DNA of 64,000 nt from NCBI GenBank assembly GCA_964016885.1, contig OZ024741.1, positions 217,062,001 through 217,126,000 on the forward strand, read 5' to 3'. The DNA comes from Eledone cirrhosa. Its lineage: Eukaryota. This document shows, piece after piece, positions 1 through 13,221 of this stretch. Below the pieces are notes generated by a model. That model worked only from the letters and a program-made list of their open reading frames with translations, ran no database searches and was not told the origin of the DNA. Each line of letters starts with the position of its first letter. Positions within the stretch are counted from its first letter, which is position 1. The position numbers were made by a program, and so were the translations under genes.

Positions 1-1821
1 CATTTCATATTAAAGTTATTAATAAACCTATTTTACACTTCATGCAAATTACCACGAGATATTGATATTAGATATAAGATACAGCGCAATATCTACAGCT
101 GTAAAAGTACGAAAGCGAAGTAATAATAAGTGGCTTAAGGTAATTCCAATATGAAAGTTTGTAGTGATAAAAATTTGATAATGCAATACGATTGTTAATA
201 TTATAGTTCTATGAAAATGTAACAATAGATAACTAAATTAGTTTACTATTAGTATATTTAAGAAATTATCATTATAGATTTGATCGTTCATATAAGCATC
301 ATATTAAGTTTCAACACAATTATTTTGTTACTATGAGTATATGATAATAATATTACGTAATTATTTATAGCTGTTATTACATTAAACATAGATGTATTTA
401 TTTTTATATGTTACACTCTAAGAATTAACTAAGTGAAATAGCGTAAAAATAAAGGCTTCGTTGGTTTAAGCTATTTTTATAAAGGATGCCACAGAATGTA
501 CGATATATAATGATTACAATATTTTTTAGCAACAACTCTAGTCCCACACTTTTGAAGGTTTATTATAACATTCTGTGGCACTTTTGAGCTTGCGCATTTT
601 TCATGTCTAGTTTAATATTTTTTTAAGGCAACGCTTGTAATAACTCTAGTTAAACAGGATATATATTAATAATAAATTATCGTTGTAATGTAATTAGATT
701 ATGTAATTGTTATTATAAATTATCTTATAAATATTAGTGTAAGATGTATAAAAATATTTTCAGACTTTTAATATAAACAACTACAAAAAACAATCAATAT
801 TAAATCAATATATTATACATAATAGAAAACATAAAATATACAATACAAAAACAAAATATTTACATACAATTGCAATTATCAGTGTATATACATTTTCTTT
901 ATATTCCCTGAGCAAATTAATAAGATTTGTTTTTATTGTACATAATTTGATGACTTGTTGGAGTGTATTAAAAGATAGCAACAATTTGTGATTAAATTGT
1001 TATCTTAAGCAACTCACTTTTTAATAGTTGTTGGCTGAGCGAAATTGTAAAAGCCTATGAGCAAATATAAAAAAAAATACACAAACAACATTTCCTTGTG
1101 TTATTACAACATTAGATAAAATAATTGAGCAATGTCGTTATATTTTGCTCTTATTGCACATTAATAGTGTTTCTATTTTTCGGCACAAATCCATTACGGC
1201 AGTCCATTACTGGTACTTTATTTTATCGAATTAGTAAGTATGAAAGTCGAAGTTAACCTCGGCAGGATTTGATCTTAGAATGCAAAGGACCATAACAATA
1301 CTGCAAAGCATGGTGTCTGACGCTCTACCAATACTTGTGTTGAGCTGGTCATTAATTTATGGTGGTCGTGCGTGGAGTAGAGCAATCGCTAGTTGAAATA
1401 TTATGAACAAAACATTTTTATTTGCCGAAGAACATATTTTCAATACTGTTTGTGAATGTGACGAAGGAAATACATTCTGATATGGAACAGTGTACAAAGT
1501 GTGTCTGTGAATAACATAATGTTACCTCATGTTGTTGTCAAGACATAATGGATTTCGTATATCCAGTTAGAAGATGAAACCTAGCCATCTCGGATTAGTT
1601 ATATTTCATGCCATGTGTAAACGTGTTTGAGGATAGCAAAATATGCGTGTTTCTTGTCTGGAAACTTTCTGCTAAACTGATTGGTTTCAGTATATATTTA
1701 ATATAATATTAATATATTTTGTAATATTATTAACTAGCGCTTCAGGCTTTGTCTATATACTGAAACAAATTTGTAAGTCATTACCTAATTAAACTCTTTG
1801 CTTGAAATGTTATCATTCTTC

Positions 1822-1875
<54 letters not shown>

Positions 1876-2653
1876 GGAGAGAGATTTATCTAGTCCTTCG
1901 CTCAAGATTAATCTATAAGTTTAGATGTCTGCCTTCGTTTAAGTAAATATTACAGTAAGATTTTTAATATAAACAACTACAAAAAACAATTAATATTAAA
2001 ACGAAAAAATTATCAATGATAAAAGAAGCGGATGCAACTTTTTTTTTTATAAAGTTATATTCCTGTTTCTTTAAAGAACATTTCATTTTTGTTCTATTGT
2101 AGGCGAAATAATGCCATGGTTTAATAGGGAAGATATAACTTACGAATTATGTCTCTAACCGTGTAACGCTTTTTAAGTAGATAACTACAATTGAAAATAC
2201 TAAAGAAATGGAACCAACAATTCAATTTGAAAGTCGTCTAGTGACAGTGTATTACTGGTACTTTATTTTATCGACCCCGTGAAAGGCAAAAATGCAAATG
2301 CTTAAAATTTAAATTGCCTTAATTCTATCGTCTGCTGTTTCATTAAAGGGAGATTCTCGTCTGTATTTAATTCTATCGTCTACTGTTCCACTAAACAGAT
2401 ATACCTCCACTATCGTCTCTATTTATACATTTTAACTTATAACTTATACACATTTGATTTGAAATATTTTATCTAGTCCCCCCTCTCAATATTATGATGA
2501 TTTCTTTCGAATGAAACAGTTCTAGTCCTGTAGAAGCCATTTATATATATAATTGAACTGAGTTAAAAATTCACAATATTTATAATTAAATAAGCTCATA
2601 TATATATGTGTGTATTTATCTGTTTATTGTATTATATATAATGTGTGTATATA

Positions 2654-2730
2654 CAGGATGTCCCCCAAAAATATATACACACTTCAACAGCATTCTAATA
2701 ACTATTGCCTGTACAGGTAATCAAAGTGTC
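2654..2730 (+). mobile_element. Partial copy of the Tc1/mariner-like MITE at 4291-4391
   Basis: ta|caggatgtcccccaaaa...aacagcattctaa...attgcctgtacaggtaatcaaagt matches the left part of 4291-4391; no right TIR seen. Confidence 0.6.
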
Positions 2731-3748
2731 AATCGAATGTTAGTTTCGTGTTTTAACAGTACAAATTTACAATACACACATAAAACCAGTGTATATACAT
2801 ACATGAGTGTGTATACACATACATGAATGTGTATATACAATATATATGTATATATATATATATAGACACATATATTCACGGTGCAACGGTACATTAAAAT
2901 ATAGATGCGGGAGAGGGGGGTGTATATATAGGGGCGCTGGGGATAAAGGAGTGTAAAGCGTGTGTAATTGATATATTGAAGGAGAGGAGCGTGCAGCGAT
3001 AGAGTAACAAATATATAGAGAGGGGGAGAGATGGTATTGAAGGGGCGGAGTGCAAAGCGAAAGAGTAAGAGATATAAATAGAGACGGAACAGATAGAGAG
3101 AAACAGGCGTAAGTAACAGTGGAAGAGATATAGAGAGAGGTACTCTGATTGGTTGAAAATTAGCCAATGACATACGATCACCACCACCACGGCTATCCCC
3201 GAAAAATTTTTAGAGAAGCTAGGCATATATGTTAGAACACGAAAAGTGAACATTCTGTTGGTTCACACTTTTCGTGTTCTAACAGATACATTCATACCCA
3301 TGCGTACAATATACACCATATACAGCAGCTCACCCTACATTCGCCACCTGGTGTCGCTAAACTAAATGAACTCTGATAAAATAGCACAAAATAAAACATT
3401 CTCTCTAAAAGATGAAATTATGATTATGATCAGGGCTTTGTTCTTAAAAAGTAACAGGAGCTCTGTGTGAAGGAAGGGGGTTCCTGTTCGAGGCAGGGGC
3501 CCCGTTTGAAGAGAAGGCCCAGGTCTTTCACACCCACAGTCCTCCCTATAAATCATGCTCTGCCTAAGACTGAACAACTACATTAAATATATTAGAATTA
3601 AACTGAGCTTTATGAACACATTCAGCTTTATTTACTGTCACACTAGGTTTTCTAAGTCGAGAGAATCTGTATAAATCTAATCAAGACAAAATATTTTAGA
3701 CATACAATCTGGGTATAATAGAGCATTATTTGTGGAATATTTCTATAT

Positions 3749-3821
3749 GGTTCCATGGTGTAGTGGTTATCACGTCTGCTTAACACGCAGAAGGTCGCGA
3801 GTTCGAAACTCGCTGGAACCT
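3749..3821 (+). tRNA. tRNA-Val, anticodon AAC
   Basis: 73-nt cloverleaf: acceptor GGTTCCA/TGGAACC, D arm with TGGTGTAGTGG A box, anticodon stem TCTGC/GCAGA with loop TT-AAC-AC, T stem GCGAG/CTCGC with TTCGAAA loop; oligo-T follows. Confidence 0.92.
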
Positions 3822-3829
3822 ATAACTGA

Positions 3830-3838
3830 TTTTTTTTT
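3830..3838 (+). terminator. RNA polymerase III oligo-T terminator
   Basis: T9 run starting 9 nt after the tRNA 3' end. Confidence 0.75.
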
Positions 3839-3949
3839 ATTTGTATAGTGTGTATATATTGTGTGTGTATGTGAGGTATATGTTTGTGTGTGTGTGTGTG
3901 TGTGTGTAGACAATGATCGCGCCATTGCTACCTCCATTATTTTGACCAG

Positions 3950-4110
3950 GGTCTGACGCCATGCTTTACAGCAAAGAGTTATGTCCCTTTATGGTCTGAG
4001 TTCAAATCCCGCCGAGGTTAACTTTGCCTTTCATCCTTACGGGGGTTCGATAAAATAAAGTACCAGTAATACACTGGGATAATTGCTGGCCTTGTGCCAA
4101 ATATAGAAAC
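3950..4110 (+). mobile_element. Octopus-type SINE copy
   Basis: Core ctgagttcaaatcccgccgaggttaactttgcctttcatcc...gataaaataaagtaccagtaa shared with many copies in the window. Confidence 0.8.
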
Positions 4111-4290
4111 ACTTAATTTGACCTCATGTATTGGAAGAAATTCAAATTTCCTCTTCCCTATTCAGTCTCTGCTCTCAACTCTCTCTCTTCTTTCTCTCTC
4201 AACTCTCTCTCTATCTATCTATCTCACTCTCGCTCTCTCTCTATCTCTCTCTCTCGTGTATATATATATGTATATATAAATATATATATA

Positions 4291-4391
4291 CAGGGTGTCC
4301 CCAAAAGATACATACACATTTGAACAGCATTCTAAAAAATATTGCCTGTACAGGTAATCAAAGTATGTATACATTATTTGGGGACACCCTG
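4291..4391. mobile_element. Tc1/mariner-like MITE (101 bp)
   Basis: TIRs cagggtgtccccaaa / tttggggacaccctg flanked by TA, inside a (TA)n tract. Confidence 0.8.
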
Positions 4392-4553
4392 TATATATAT
4401 ATATATATATATATAAATATGTGTGTATGTGTGTATGTGTGTATGTGTGTATTTGTGTATGTGTATGTGTGTGTGTTATATTTATATTCTAAAGGCTTAG
4501 TCATATATTTTGAAACTATAAATATATATGGCAACATGACCCTTCCAAAGTAT

Positions 4554-4682
<129 letters not shown>

Positions 4683-4767
4683 GGAAAATTTGAACAGGGA
4701 CAAAACAGAGAGGCAGTACAACGAATGTTTATTAATTTCACGCTCTGGAGAGTGGGGTGTTGGTGGG

Positions 4768-4806
4768 GAACGACGTTTCGGGCATAAGCCCTTCCTCAGG
4801 TGAGAA
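4768..4806 (-). ncRNA. Hammerhead ribozyme-like core (Penelope pseudo-LTR type)
   Basis: Minus strand reads CTGAGGA-A-GGGC-TTAT-GCCC-GAAA-CGTCG; stems I and III not clearly resolved. Confidence 0.55.
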
Positions 4807-5110
4807 ATGTGTGGGAAGAGAGTTCAAAGGGTGTGTGGGGGAGTGGTGGAGAGACATATAGCGAAAAGGGGGTGGGAGGAAACGGTGCGAATGAAATTAA
4901 AACTAAAAATAAAAATAAAGCATGATCAAAATAAAATGAAATGAAATATATATATATATATATTGTTATACTTTGGGAGGGTCATGTTGCCAATAAGAAA
5001 CACACGCACCAGTTGCTTTCACTTGAATTTATTATAATAAATTTATAAATTTAGGAATTTATAAATTTCCGGTTGGTTGGTTGGTTCCACAACCAGATGG
5101 TTGTTTATAT

Positions 5111-5255
5111 ATTGTCACAAGTGTAGTGTTTGTACCAGAGTTTTCAAGTCGCTGGCTGGACTAAAATGTCACACTTGTTCAGCGTATCGGTAGGGGTTCT
5201 CATACATGGATATAAAGTAGTGGCCGTACTCAAAAACGAGTTGGCAGCCACCATG
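5111..5255 (-). repeat. Inverted partial copy of the ~600-bp element at 5812/6896
   Basis: Reverse complement of the first ~140 bp of 5812-6415 and 6896-7497. Confidence 0.85.
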
Positions 5256-5569
5256 TATCTATGTATGTATGTATTATGTATGTGTGTATGTATGTATCTA
5301 TGTATGTATCTATGAATGTATCTATGTATGTATATGTGTATGTTCTTCTGGTTTTATAATTTCACAAAGTTTTCCCAATAGAGAGAGAGTCGGTTTCTAA
5401 CATAGACACAAGACTCTCTCATTGGAATTTACACAACATCAACTAGGTAGATATGTATGCATGTCTGCATGTGTAGATATGGATGTTATTGTATGAGTGG
5501 ATGTGTATGTTTTGAGTTGTATGTGTGCATGTGTATATGCTTTGTATCTGTACATGTGTATTTGCAGTT

Positions 5570-5790
5570 ATTAGATGCAAAATGTTTGGAATGTTTTACA
5601 TATTTTTACTGTTCCATTAATGGATTGTACTTGTAATTTCCTAACTAGTTGTGTTCTTTCTGTTCCTGTGAATCATAGCTACTCAAGATTTGTATTGAGG
5701 CAGTTACTAACATACCCCAGTGCCCCAATAATCACAGGCATAAATCTGAAGGTGTAATCAGGGTGGAGTATCTGCAGATTTCTTATCAGA
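5570..5790 (-). mobile_element. 3' end fragment of an RLE-type (R2/R4/NeSL-like) non-LTR retrotransposon
   Basis: Minus translation LIRNLQILHPDYTFRFMPVIIGALGYV...KLQVQSINGTVKICKTF has the PVIIGALG motif of the RLE C-terminus; in-frame stops. Confidence 0.7.
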
Positions 5791-5811
5791 TACATACATA
5801 CATATATACAT

Positions 5812-7497
5812 GTGGCTGCCAACTCGTTTTCGAGTACGGCCACTACTTTATATCCATGTAGGAGAACCCCTACCGAAGCGCTGAACGAGTGTGACTTTTT
5901 AGTCCAGCCAGCGACTTGAAACCTCTGGTACAAACACTACACTTGTGACAATTATTGACACATAGTGCTGGGCCCATGGTACCATGTGAGGACAAGTGCA
6001 GAGAGATCTCCAGATATAAAGCAATGCCTGTGCCGTGAAGCTTTTATAGTGAGCAAAGGCACTGCACAAAGCCAGTCCCACTCTCTTAACCAAGATGATA
6101 TTTACCAAAAAGAAGAACAAGTCAACATCATTGGATACCATCAGGGTTGCAGGTGTTATATCAGAGTTTTCCTTCTCCTAGAATTCTGCCTTGACAAAGG
6201 CTAAGGGGTCATCTCTCCCGGTGATTTTGGATGGCCATTGACTCTTAAGAGCTCCTTTGCCCTTTGACAGGTTTTGTTTTTAGTCCTGCAGGATGTCCAA
6301 AGTCACCCTCCTCACCAAGAAACCTTGGTGGGGTTGCCAGTTTAGTCGCCAACGACCCGACCATGAGACAGGTTGTACTGGGATACGTGTTACCAGTAGC
6401 ACCAACTGGTGACCTGACATAACATGTACATACATACATACACACATACACACATACATACACACACATACTTACATACATACATCATCACCATTACTAC
6501 ACCATTACTACACCCCTCACCACTAACACCTCCACCACCTCCATCAAGGATATCTGCTAGTTATGTTCCTAAATTCTGATTGGTTTCCAAGGCCGAGGGG
6601 TTGCACCTTGCTTAACGGGGCGTTACCTTTTCTGAAATGAAGTCTTTATAAAAAGATTAATTGCCCGTTTTTTAATGTAATATATGTATGTGTGTGTGTT
6701 TGTATGTATGTATATATGTACATGTATATATGTACATGTATGTATGTATGTACATGTATGTATGTATGTATGTATGTATGTATGTATGTATGTATGTATG
6801 TATGTATGTATGTATGTATGTATGTACATGTATGTACATACATACATACATACATACATACATACATACATACATACATACATACATACATACATGGTGG
6901 CTGCCAACTCGTTTTCGAGTACGGCCACTACTTTATATCCATGTAGGAGAACCCCTACCAATGCGCTAAACAAGTGTGACTTTTTAGTCCAGCCAGCGAC
7001 TTGAAAACTCTGGTACAAACACTACACTTGTGACAATTATTGACACAGTGCTGGACCCATGGTACCATGTGAGGACAAGTGCAGAGAGATCTCCAGATAT
7101 AAAGCAATGCCTGTGCCGTGAAGCTTTCTAGTGAGCAAAGGCACTGCACAAAGCCAGTCCCACTCTCTTAACCAAGATGATATTTACCAAAAAGAAGAAC
7201 AAGTCAACATCATTGGATACCATCAGGGTTGCAGGTGTCATATCAGAGTTTTCCTTCTCCTAGAATTCTGCCTTGACAAAGGCTAAGGGGTCATCTCTCC
7301 CGGTGATTTTGGATGGCCATTGACTCTTAAGAGCCCCTTTGCCTTTTGACAGGTTTTGTTTTTAGTCCTGCAGGATGTCCAAAGCCACCCTCCTCACCAA
7401 GAAACCTTGGTGGGGTTGCCAGTTTAGTCGCCAACGACCCGACCATGAGACAGTTTGTACTGGGATACATGTTACCAGTAGCACCAACTGGTGACCT
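5812..7497 (+). repeat. Two direct copies of a ~600-bp non-coding element (5812-6415 and 6896-7497)
   Basis: Near-identical sequence gtggctgccaactcg...ctggtgacct, each bordered by (TACA)n microsatellite. Confidence 0.9.
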
Positions 7498-7500
7498 ACA

Positions 7501-7534
<34 letters not shown>

Positions 7535-7655
7535 CATGATGGATGCCCCCTCGTTATCGAGTATGGCCATTGCACGAGGAGAAAAAAAAATGAATAAATA
7601 AATAAAAAATAAAATAAAAATAAAAAAAATAAATATATATTTTCTATTCCGTTTA

Positions 7656-7710
<55 letters not shown>

Positions 7711-7790
7711 TAAAATAACAGATTAAAGTTTAAGCAAAGAATCGCTGCTTTCACCCTTAACGGGATCTTAGTCTTCAATTTTATTATTAT

Positions 7791-7827
<37 letters not shown>

Positions 7828-8126
7828 TTGTAATAAAATGAAAACGAAATTTCATTTCTCACTCTTAGTACGGCACTTACTCAAATGTAAGTATGTATGT
7901 ATACGTACATACATATATGTATACAGACGTACAGTAGCATGCACATATATATATATATATATATATACACTGACACAGTGTTGAACAAAAAGGTGACGTG
8001 GTTGCCTTAACACCGTGCGGCATAAATTCAGGCTGTTCAGTTTGTTTACAAACGAACAAAGCGGGCGCTATAATAAGCGTCTGCTAAACTGATGCGTACA
8101 TATATGTATGTGTACCTGTATGTATA

Positions 8127-8208
<82 letters not shown>

Positions 8209-8258
8209 CATGCTACTGTACGTCTGTATACATATATGCATGTACGTATACATACATA

Positions 8259-8326
<68 letters not shown>

Positions 8327-8668
8327 TACATATATACACACGCATACACATACACACACACATATACATTAATAACAATAATAATAATAATAATAACAAC
8401 AATAATAATAACGACAACAACAATAATGATATACATATACATATATATATACACATACACGCACACACATAAACATATCTATACACACACACACGATAGC
8501 AACTAACAGCGCTGCGATCGAATGCGAGCCAATGATCTAAATACATACATACATACATACATACATACATACATACAAACATACATACATACATACATAC
8601 AAACATACATACATACATACATACATACATACAAACATACATACATACATACATACAAACATACATAC

Positions 8669-8768
8669 ATTATTATTTTCTTCTTTTAGGTTGAATTTAA
8701 AAAAGACAACCTAATACTATTAGATTGGTTGTCTTTTTTATTTCAACCTAAAAGAAGAAAATAATAAT
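8669..8768. repeat. ~100-bp imperfect palindrome (hairpin/MITE-like)
   Basis: attattattttcttcttttaggttgaa...aaaaaagacaacc pairs with ggttgtctttttt...ttcaacctaaaagaagaaaataataat. Confidence 0.8.
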
Positions 8769-8769
8769 T

Positions 8770-10050
8770 GTTTCTACTTTTGGTACAAGGCCAGCAATTA
8801 CCCAGTGCATTACTGGTACTTTATTTTATCGACCCCGTAAGGATGATAAAGGCAAAGTCAACCTCGGCGGGATTTGAACTCAGACCATAAAGGGCCGTAA
8901 CTCTGTGCTGCAAAGCATGGCGTCCGACCCTCTACCGATACTTCCAATCCACAGCAACAATAATAATGATTTCTATTATAGGCATAAGGCCAGAAATTCG
9001 GGGGGGAGTTGAAGTCGATTAAATCAACCCCAATACTTGACTGGTACTTTATTTTATCAGCCAATGGAGGATGTGGTAAAGCTGGTCATCAGAAGAAGGT
9101 GTAGAAGCCAAACTCATTATCTTCAATTTGCCATTCGTGCCTACCCTTCGCTATAGTAATAAGTGAATAAATATATCTGGATTACAAGCGACTGAAATGG
9201 GGTTCCTCCGATGTCTTTGGAGTAACGTTACTTGATAGGATGCTTGGCTCGGAGATGAGGAAGTTGCTCTACCGATATTGTCCCACGCTCCACCGATACT
9301 GCCAATCCACCGCTCTAAAGGCCAGTAATTTGTGGCGAAGAAAAAGTCGATTGAACCCACCCCATTACATTACTGGTACTATATTTTATCGACTTCGAAA
9401 GCAGGATTTGAACTCAGAACGTAAAGAGTTGAGACAAATACTGCAAAAGTATTTGTCAGACGCTCTAAATAATGGTTTCTGATTTAGGCACAAATCCGGC
9501 AATTTGGGGGAGGACGAAAGTCGATTAAAGACTACCCCAGTGCATTACTGGTACTTTATTTTGTCGACCCCCGTAAGGATGAAAGGTAAAGCTAACCTCG
9601 GCGGGATTTGAACTCAGAACGTAAAGATTTGGAGCAAAGCAAATACTACAAAAACATTTGACAGACGCTCTCAGTAATACTAATAATTGTTTCTACTTTA
9701 GGCACAAGGCCAGCAATTACACAGTACATTACTGGTACTTTATTTTGTCGACCCCGTAAGGATGACAGGTAAAGCTAACCTCGGCGGGATTTGAACTCAG
9801 AACGTAAAGATTTGGAGCAAAGCAAATACTACAAAAACATTTGACAGACGCTCTCAGTAATACTAATAATTGTTTCTACTTTAGGCACAAGGCCAGCAAT
9901 TACACAGTACATTACTGGTACTTTATTTTATCGACCCCGTAAGGATGAAAGGCAAAGTTAACCTCGGCGGGATTTGAACTCAGACTGTAAAGGGATGTAA
10001 CTATGCTAGAAAGCATGGCATCCAACCCTCTACCGTTACTGCCAATTCAC
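8770..10050 (-). mobile_element. Cluster of Octopus-type SINE copies including a ~180-bp local tandem duplication
   Basis: Repeated ttactggtactttatttt(a/g)tcgaccccgtaaggatga...acctcggcgggatttgaactcag; 9600-9780 repeats almost exactly at 9782-9960. Confidence 0.85.
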
Positions 10051-10407
10051 CACCCAAGTAATACTAATAATAAAAGAAGAAGGAGGAGGAAAAGGTGGAT
10101 TGTTCAGTTGAATGGGTGGGAGAAGGATATGATAAATAACCAGTAAAAAGTGAGGTAGGGCGATTGAATGAAACAATTATACACACCTGCAGTTATTAAT
10201 ATACACACACACGTACTCGTATACATCTATACAGTCAATAAACACACCTACTACAGATATTTACACGCATAGATACACACACACTTACCTATCCTTATAT
10301 AAAGGACGTTTAGAGAAAGACATTTCAGAATTCAGAAAGAACATTCACGTGTGTATCGTTAAATTGAGGGTCTGTTGTTCTATACCTATCAATCTATATA
10401 CCTGTCT

Positions 10408-10447
<40 letters not shown>

Positions 10448-11001
10448 CTTGACATTACTTTTTACAGTTGACGCTGAGTTGTTGTTTAAAGCCAATCAAC
10501 CTGGGAAGTGCCTTATCTTTTTGTTCATTTTAAATCTACACATATTTATATACACATATATATATACATATCTATTATACACTTATACATATATATATAT
10601 ATATACATTTATATATATATATATATATAAAGTGAAAATAACTTGCTTTACAAGAGAAAAATTTCCCATACTCTACACAAACCATATAGTTTTGTTTTTT
10701 TTCATATAATTCATTCATTGACAAATCCATTCATTTAAAATTACTTAAAGTACATTGTAACTAGTAATAGTAGTAATAATAATTTAGTTATTATTACTAG
10801 TGTTGTTATTGTTGTTGTTGTTGTTGTTTCTGTGGACGTGAAAACAAAAAAAAAAGAACACATTTTTGAAACTCAATCAAATAATTTTAACAGGAGTTGA
10901 TACATTTATATCTACACACTCACATCTATATATTGCATTATTTGTTCAACATTGCCTGAAAAGTCAATCAATAATCACAAACAGTTTGTCAATAATCGAT
11001 T

Positions 11002-11136
11002 ATGGAGAAAACAACTATGATGACTATCTTAACAATTCCAAACGTGATGTCTTACCATTACCTGGTAGTAATGCTGTTGCTAACAATATCAAAGACTTCA
11101 GTTACACAGGCTTCTACAGTAGATCCCCGTTGTACG
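11002..11136 (+). CDS. Exon 1 (signal peptide) of a secreted AA15-LPMO-like protein with 6-Cys repeats
   Basis: Frame absent from the ORF track: MEKTTMMTILTIPNVMSYHYLVVMLLLTISKTSVTQASTVDPRCT, then GTAGGT donor at 11137; phase 0 matches the acceptor at 19229; hydrophobic core LVVMLLLTI; alternative start ATG at 11047. Confidence 0.62.
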
Positions 11137-11368
11137 GTAGGTACCATCTATCTTTTGGTTTAATTAGCCCCCTCCCTTCTCTTTTTACATGCTTCTATCT
11201 AAACCCCAAACGGTATCGTGGTGTATCGTCATTTATGTTTTTTTCTTTGTAAACCCTTAATGTTAATAAGCAAAAGATTATTATTATTATTGTTCTTTGA
11301 GTCTCAGTCATTGATGTTATTTAACTGGAAAGTTTGTTGAAATGAATATCAAGCCGCTACCTGCAGCC

Positions 11369-11911
11369 TCAGATATTCAGGACGTATCGGAGGGTTCTTG
11401 CTGTTCTCAGCAAGCATGCCTTTTGAAGTGTTCCAAAAAGCGGGGCTGGACTAATCTTCTTTAACCTTCCTTGAAAACTCTTTGAGATAGTACCTAGTGC
11501 ACCTATGACAATCGGGACTACCTTGATCTCACGACAGTCCCAAATCGTTTTTAACTCCCACTTTAAGTCCTGGTATCGGTTAATTTTCTCCCTCTCCTTT
11601 TCTTGCATTCTCGTGTCAAATGGGCAGGCTAAATCTACAATCAGGCACGATCTTTTTTCCTTGTCCAAAACCACCAGGTCAGGCCTATTGTGTTCTAATT
11701 TCTTGTCCGTCTGTATTCTAAAATCCCATAGCACCTTCACCTGATCGTTTTCTATCACTGACTCTGGCTTATGCTTATACCACTTCTCAGAATGTGGTAA
11801 ATTGTTTACTTTGCATAGATGCCAGTGGATCACCCTGCCTATCACATCATGTCTCCAGTCTTTATAGTGAGTCTGGGCTAGGTGTTTACACTCGGATACA
11901 ATGTGAGCCAC
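11369..11911 (-). mobile_element. R4/Dong-like non-LTR retrotransposon 3' fragment (restriction-like endonuclease domain)
   Basis: HIVSEC..RHD..WDFRIQTD..HNRPDLVVLDK..IVDLACPFD..EKINRY..VVPIVIGALG..LQKACLL are the RLE motifs; 5'-truncated; lies in intron 1. Confidence 0.9.
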
Positions 11912-12214
11912 AGTTATTTCCTTCTTTTCAGTTTGTATCTAATAACTTTCCTATTATCCTAGCTGTTTCAAGTAGAGTTTCTGTAACATTTCTACTGTAA
12001 GATTCTGGTTTAGTTTTATGTCAATCCATCAAGTCTTATTAGTATCGAAGGTGAGGGTGCTTGCCCTAGCGCTCGGGGTGACCGTAGCTTTTGTGGGCTT
12101 TATCCACGAGTGACCCTTGGAGTCCTCACAGCTGGGGAATTTATTATATTTGTTTTTTTAAATGTTTATTTTCTTAATCTTTCTTATAAATTTTATTTTA
12201 CACAAAAAACCACA

Positions 12215-13098
12215 CTTTACGTTCTGAGTCAAATCCCGCTGACGTTACCTTTGCCTTTCAACCATATGGGGTCGATAAAATAAAGCACCAGTAACGCACT
12301 GGGGTCGATTTAATCGACTTTCCCCTCTCTCCAAATTGCTGGCCTTGTTCCTAAAGTAGAAAATTATTTTTTTATTAACTGGGATTGTAGATAGACAGAA
12401 TATATGAAGTGTTGTTCTGGCTCGATCTTTTTCTTCTTTGCCCACTTATTCCTGGGAGGCTTATTCCTGGGAGGGTCTTGGGAACAGACATGCTTTCCAG
12501 AGGGTCCTTTCAGTAATAACTGTCTCCAGTTTATCCGGCTGGATCGCCAAGCTCATCGATGTTATCCAACCATTCTTGCTTGTGGCCTAACTCTTAACCT
12601 CCTGCAAGTTGACATTGTCCGTGAAATCTGTCCAGCGATTCTTTCTTTAATTGGTCGCGTCTCAACAAGGACCTTTCTGAGACAGCGCACTTTTCTGAGT
12701 ATACGTTCAGTGCCAAATTAGGGCATACAGTCTTTTGTAGAAGAGGTAATGTGTAATTTGTAATGTGTAATCAGCTTAGAACCTCTCTGTTTTAGTGCTA
12801 TCGAGTGCAAAGCTCTGATAACAAATGAAATTAATTTGATGTCGTTAGATGGTATGGACAACATTCGTGTGATTTCTGTCTTCAAGTTAGAATATTTTGT
12901 TATTTTCTTTTTTTAGAACATCGGACAAATGTTTAGCGATATTTTTCCTGGCTCTTTACTTTCTGAGTTCAAATACCGCTGAGGTTAGCTTTGCCTTACG
13001 AGGTCGATAAAATAAAGTACAAGTAACGTACTGGGGTCGAGTTAATCGATTTTCCCCTCCCCAAAAATTGTTGGCCTTGTACCTAAAGTAGAAACATG

Positions 13099-13131
<33 letters not shown>

Positions 13132-13176
13132 TAATGAACTGGGGGTAATTGCTGGCCTTGTGCCAAAAGTAGAAAC

Positions 13177-13221
<45 letters not shown>

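Noticed and set aside
1403-1510. Short Cys-containing frame (VCECDEGNTF) as an EGF-like exon
   Set aside because: Interrupted by stops, too short, and no convincing splice sites
7735-7790. Hammerhead on the minus strand (TTGAAGA...GAAA)
   Set aside because: Core lacks the conserved C, and stems I and III do not form convincingly
10866-11252. 128-aa ORF in the supplied track as the coding frame
   Set aside because: No recognisable features; the overlapping frame from ATG 11002 gives a signal peptide and a phase-compatible donor
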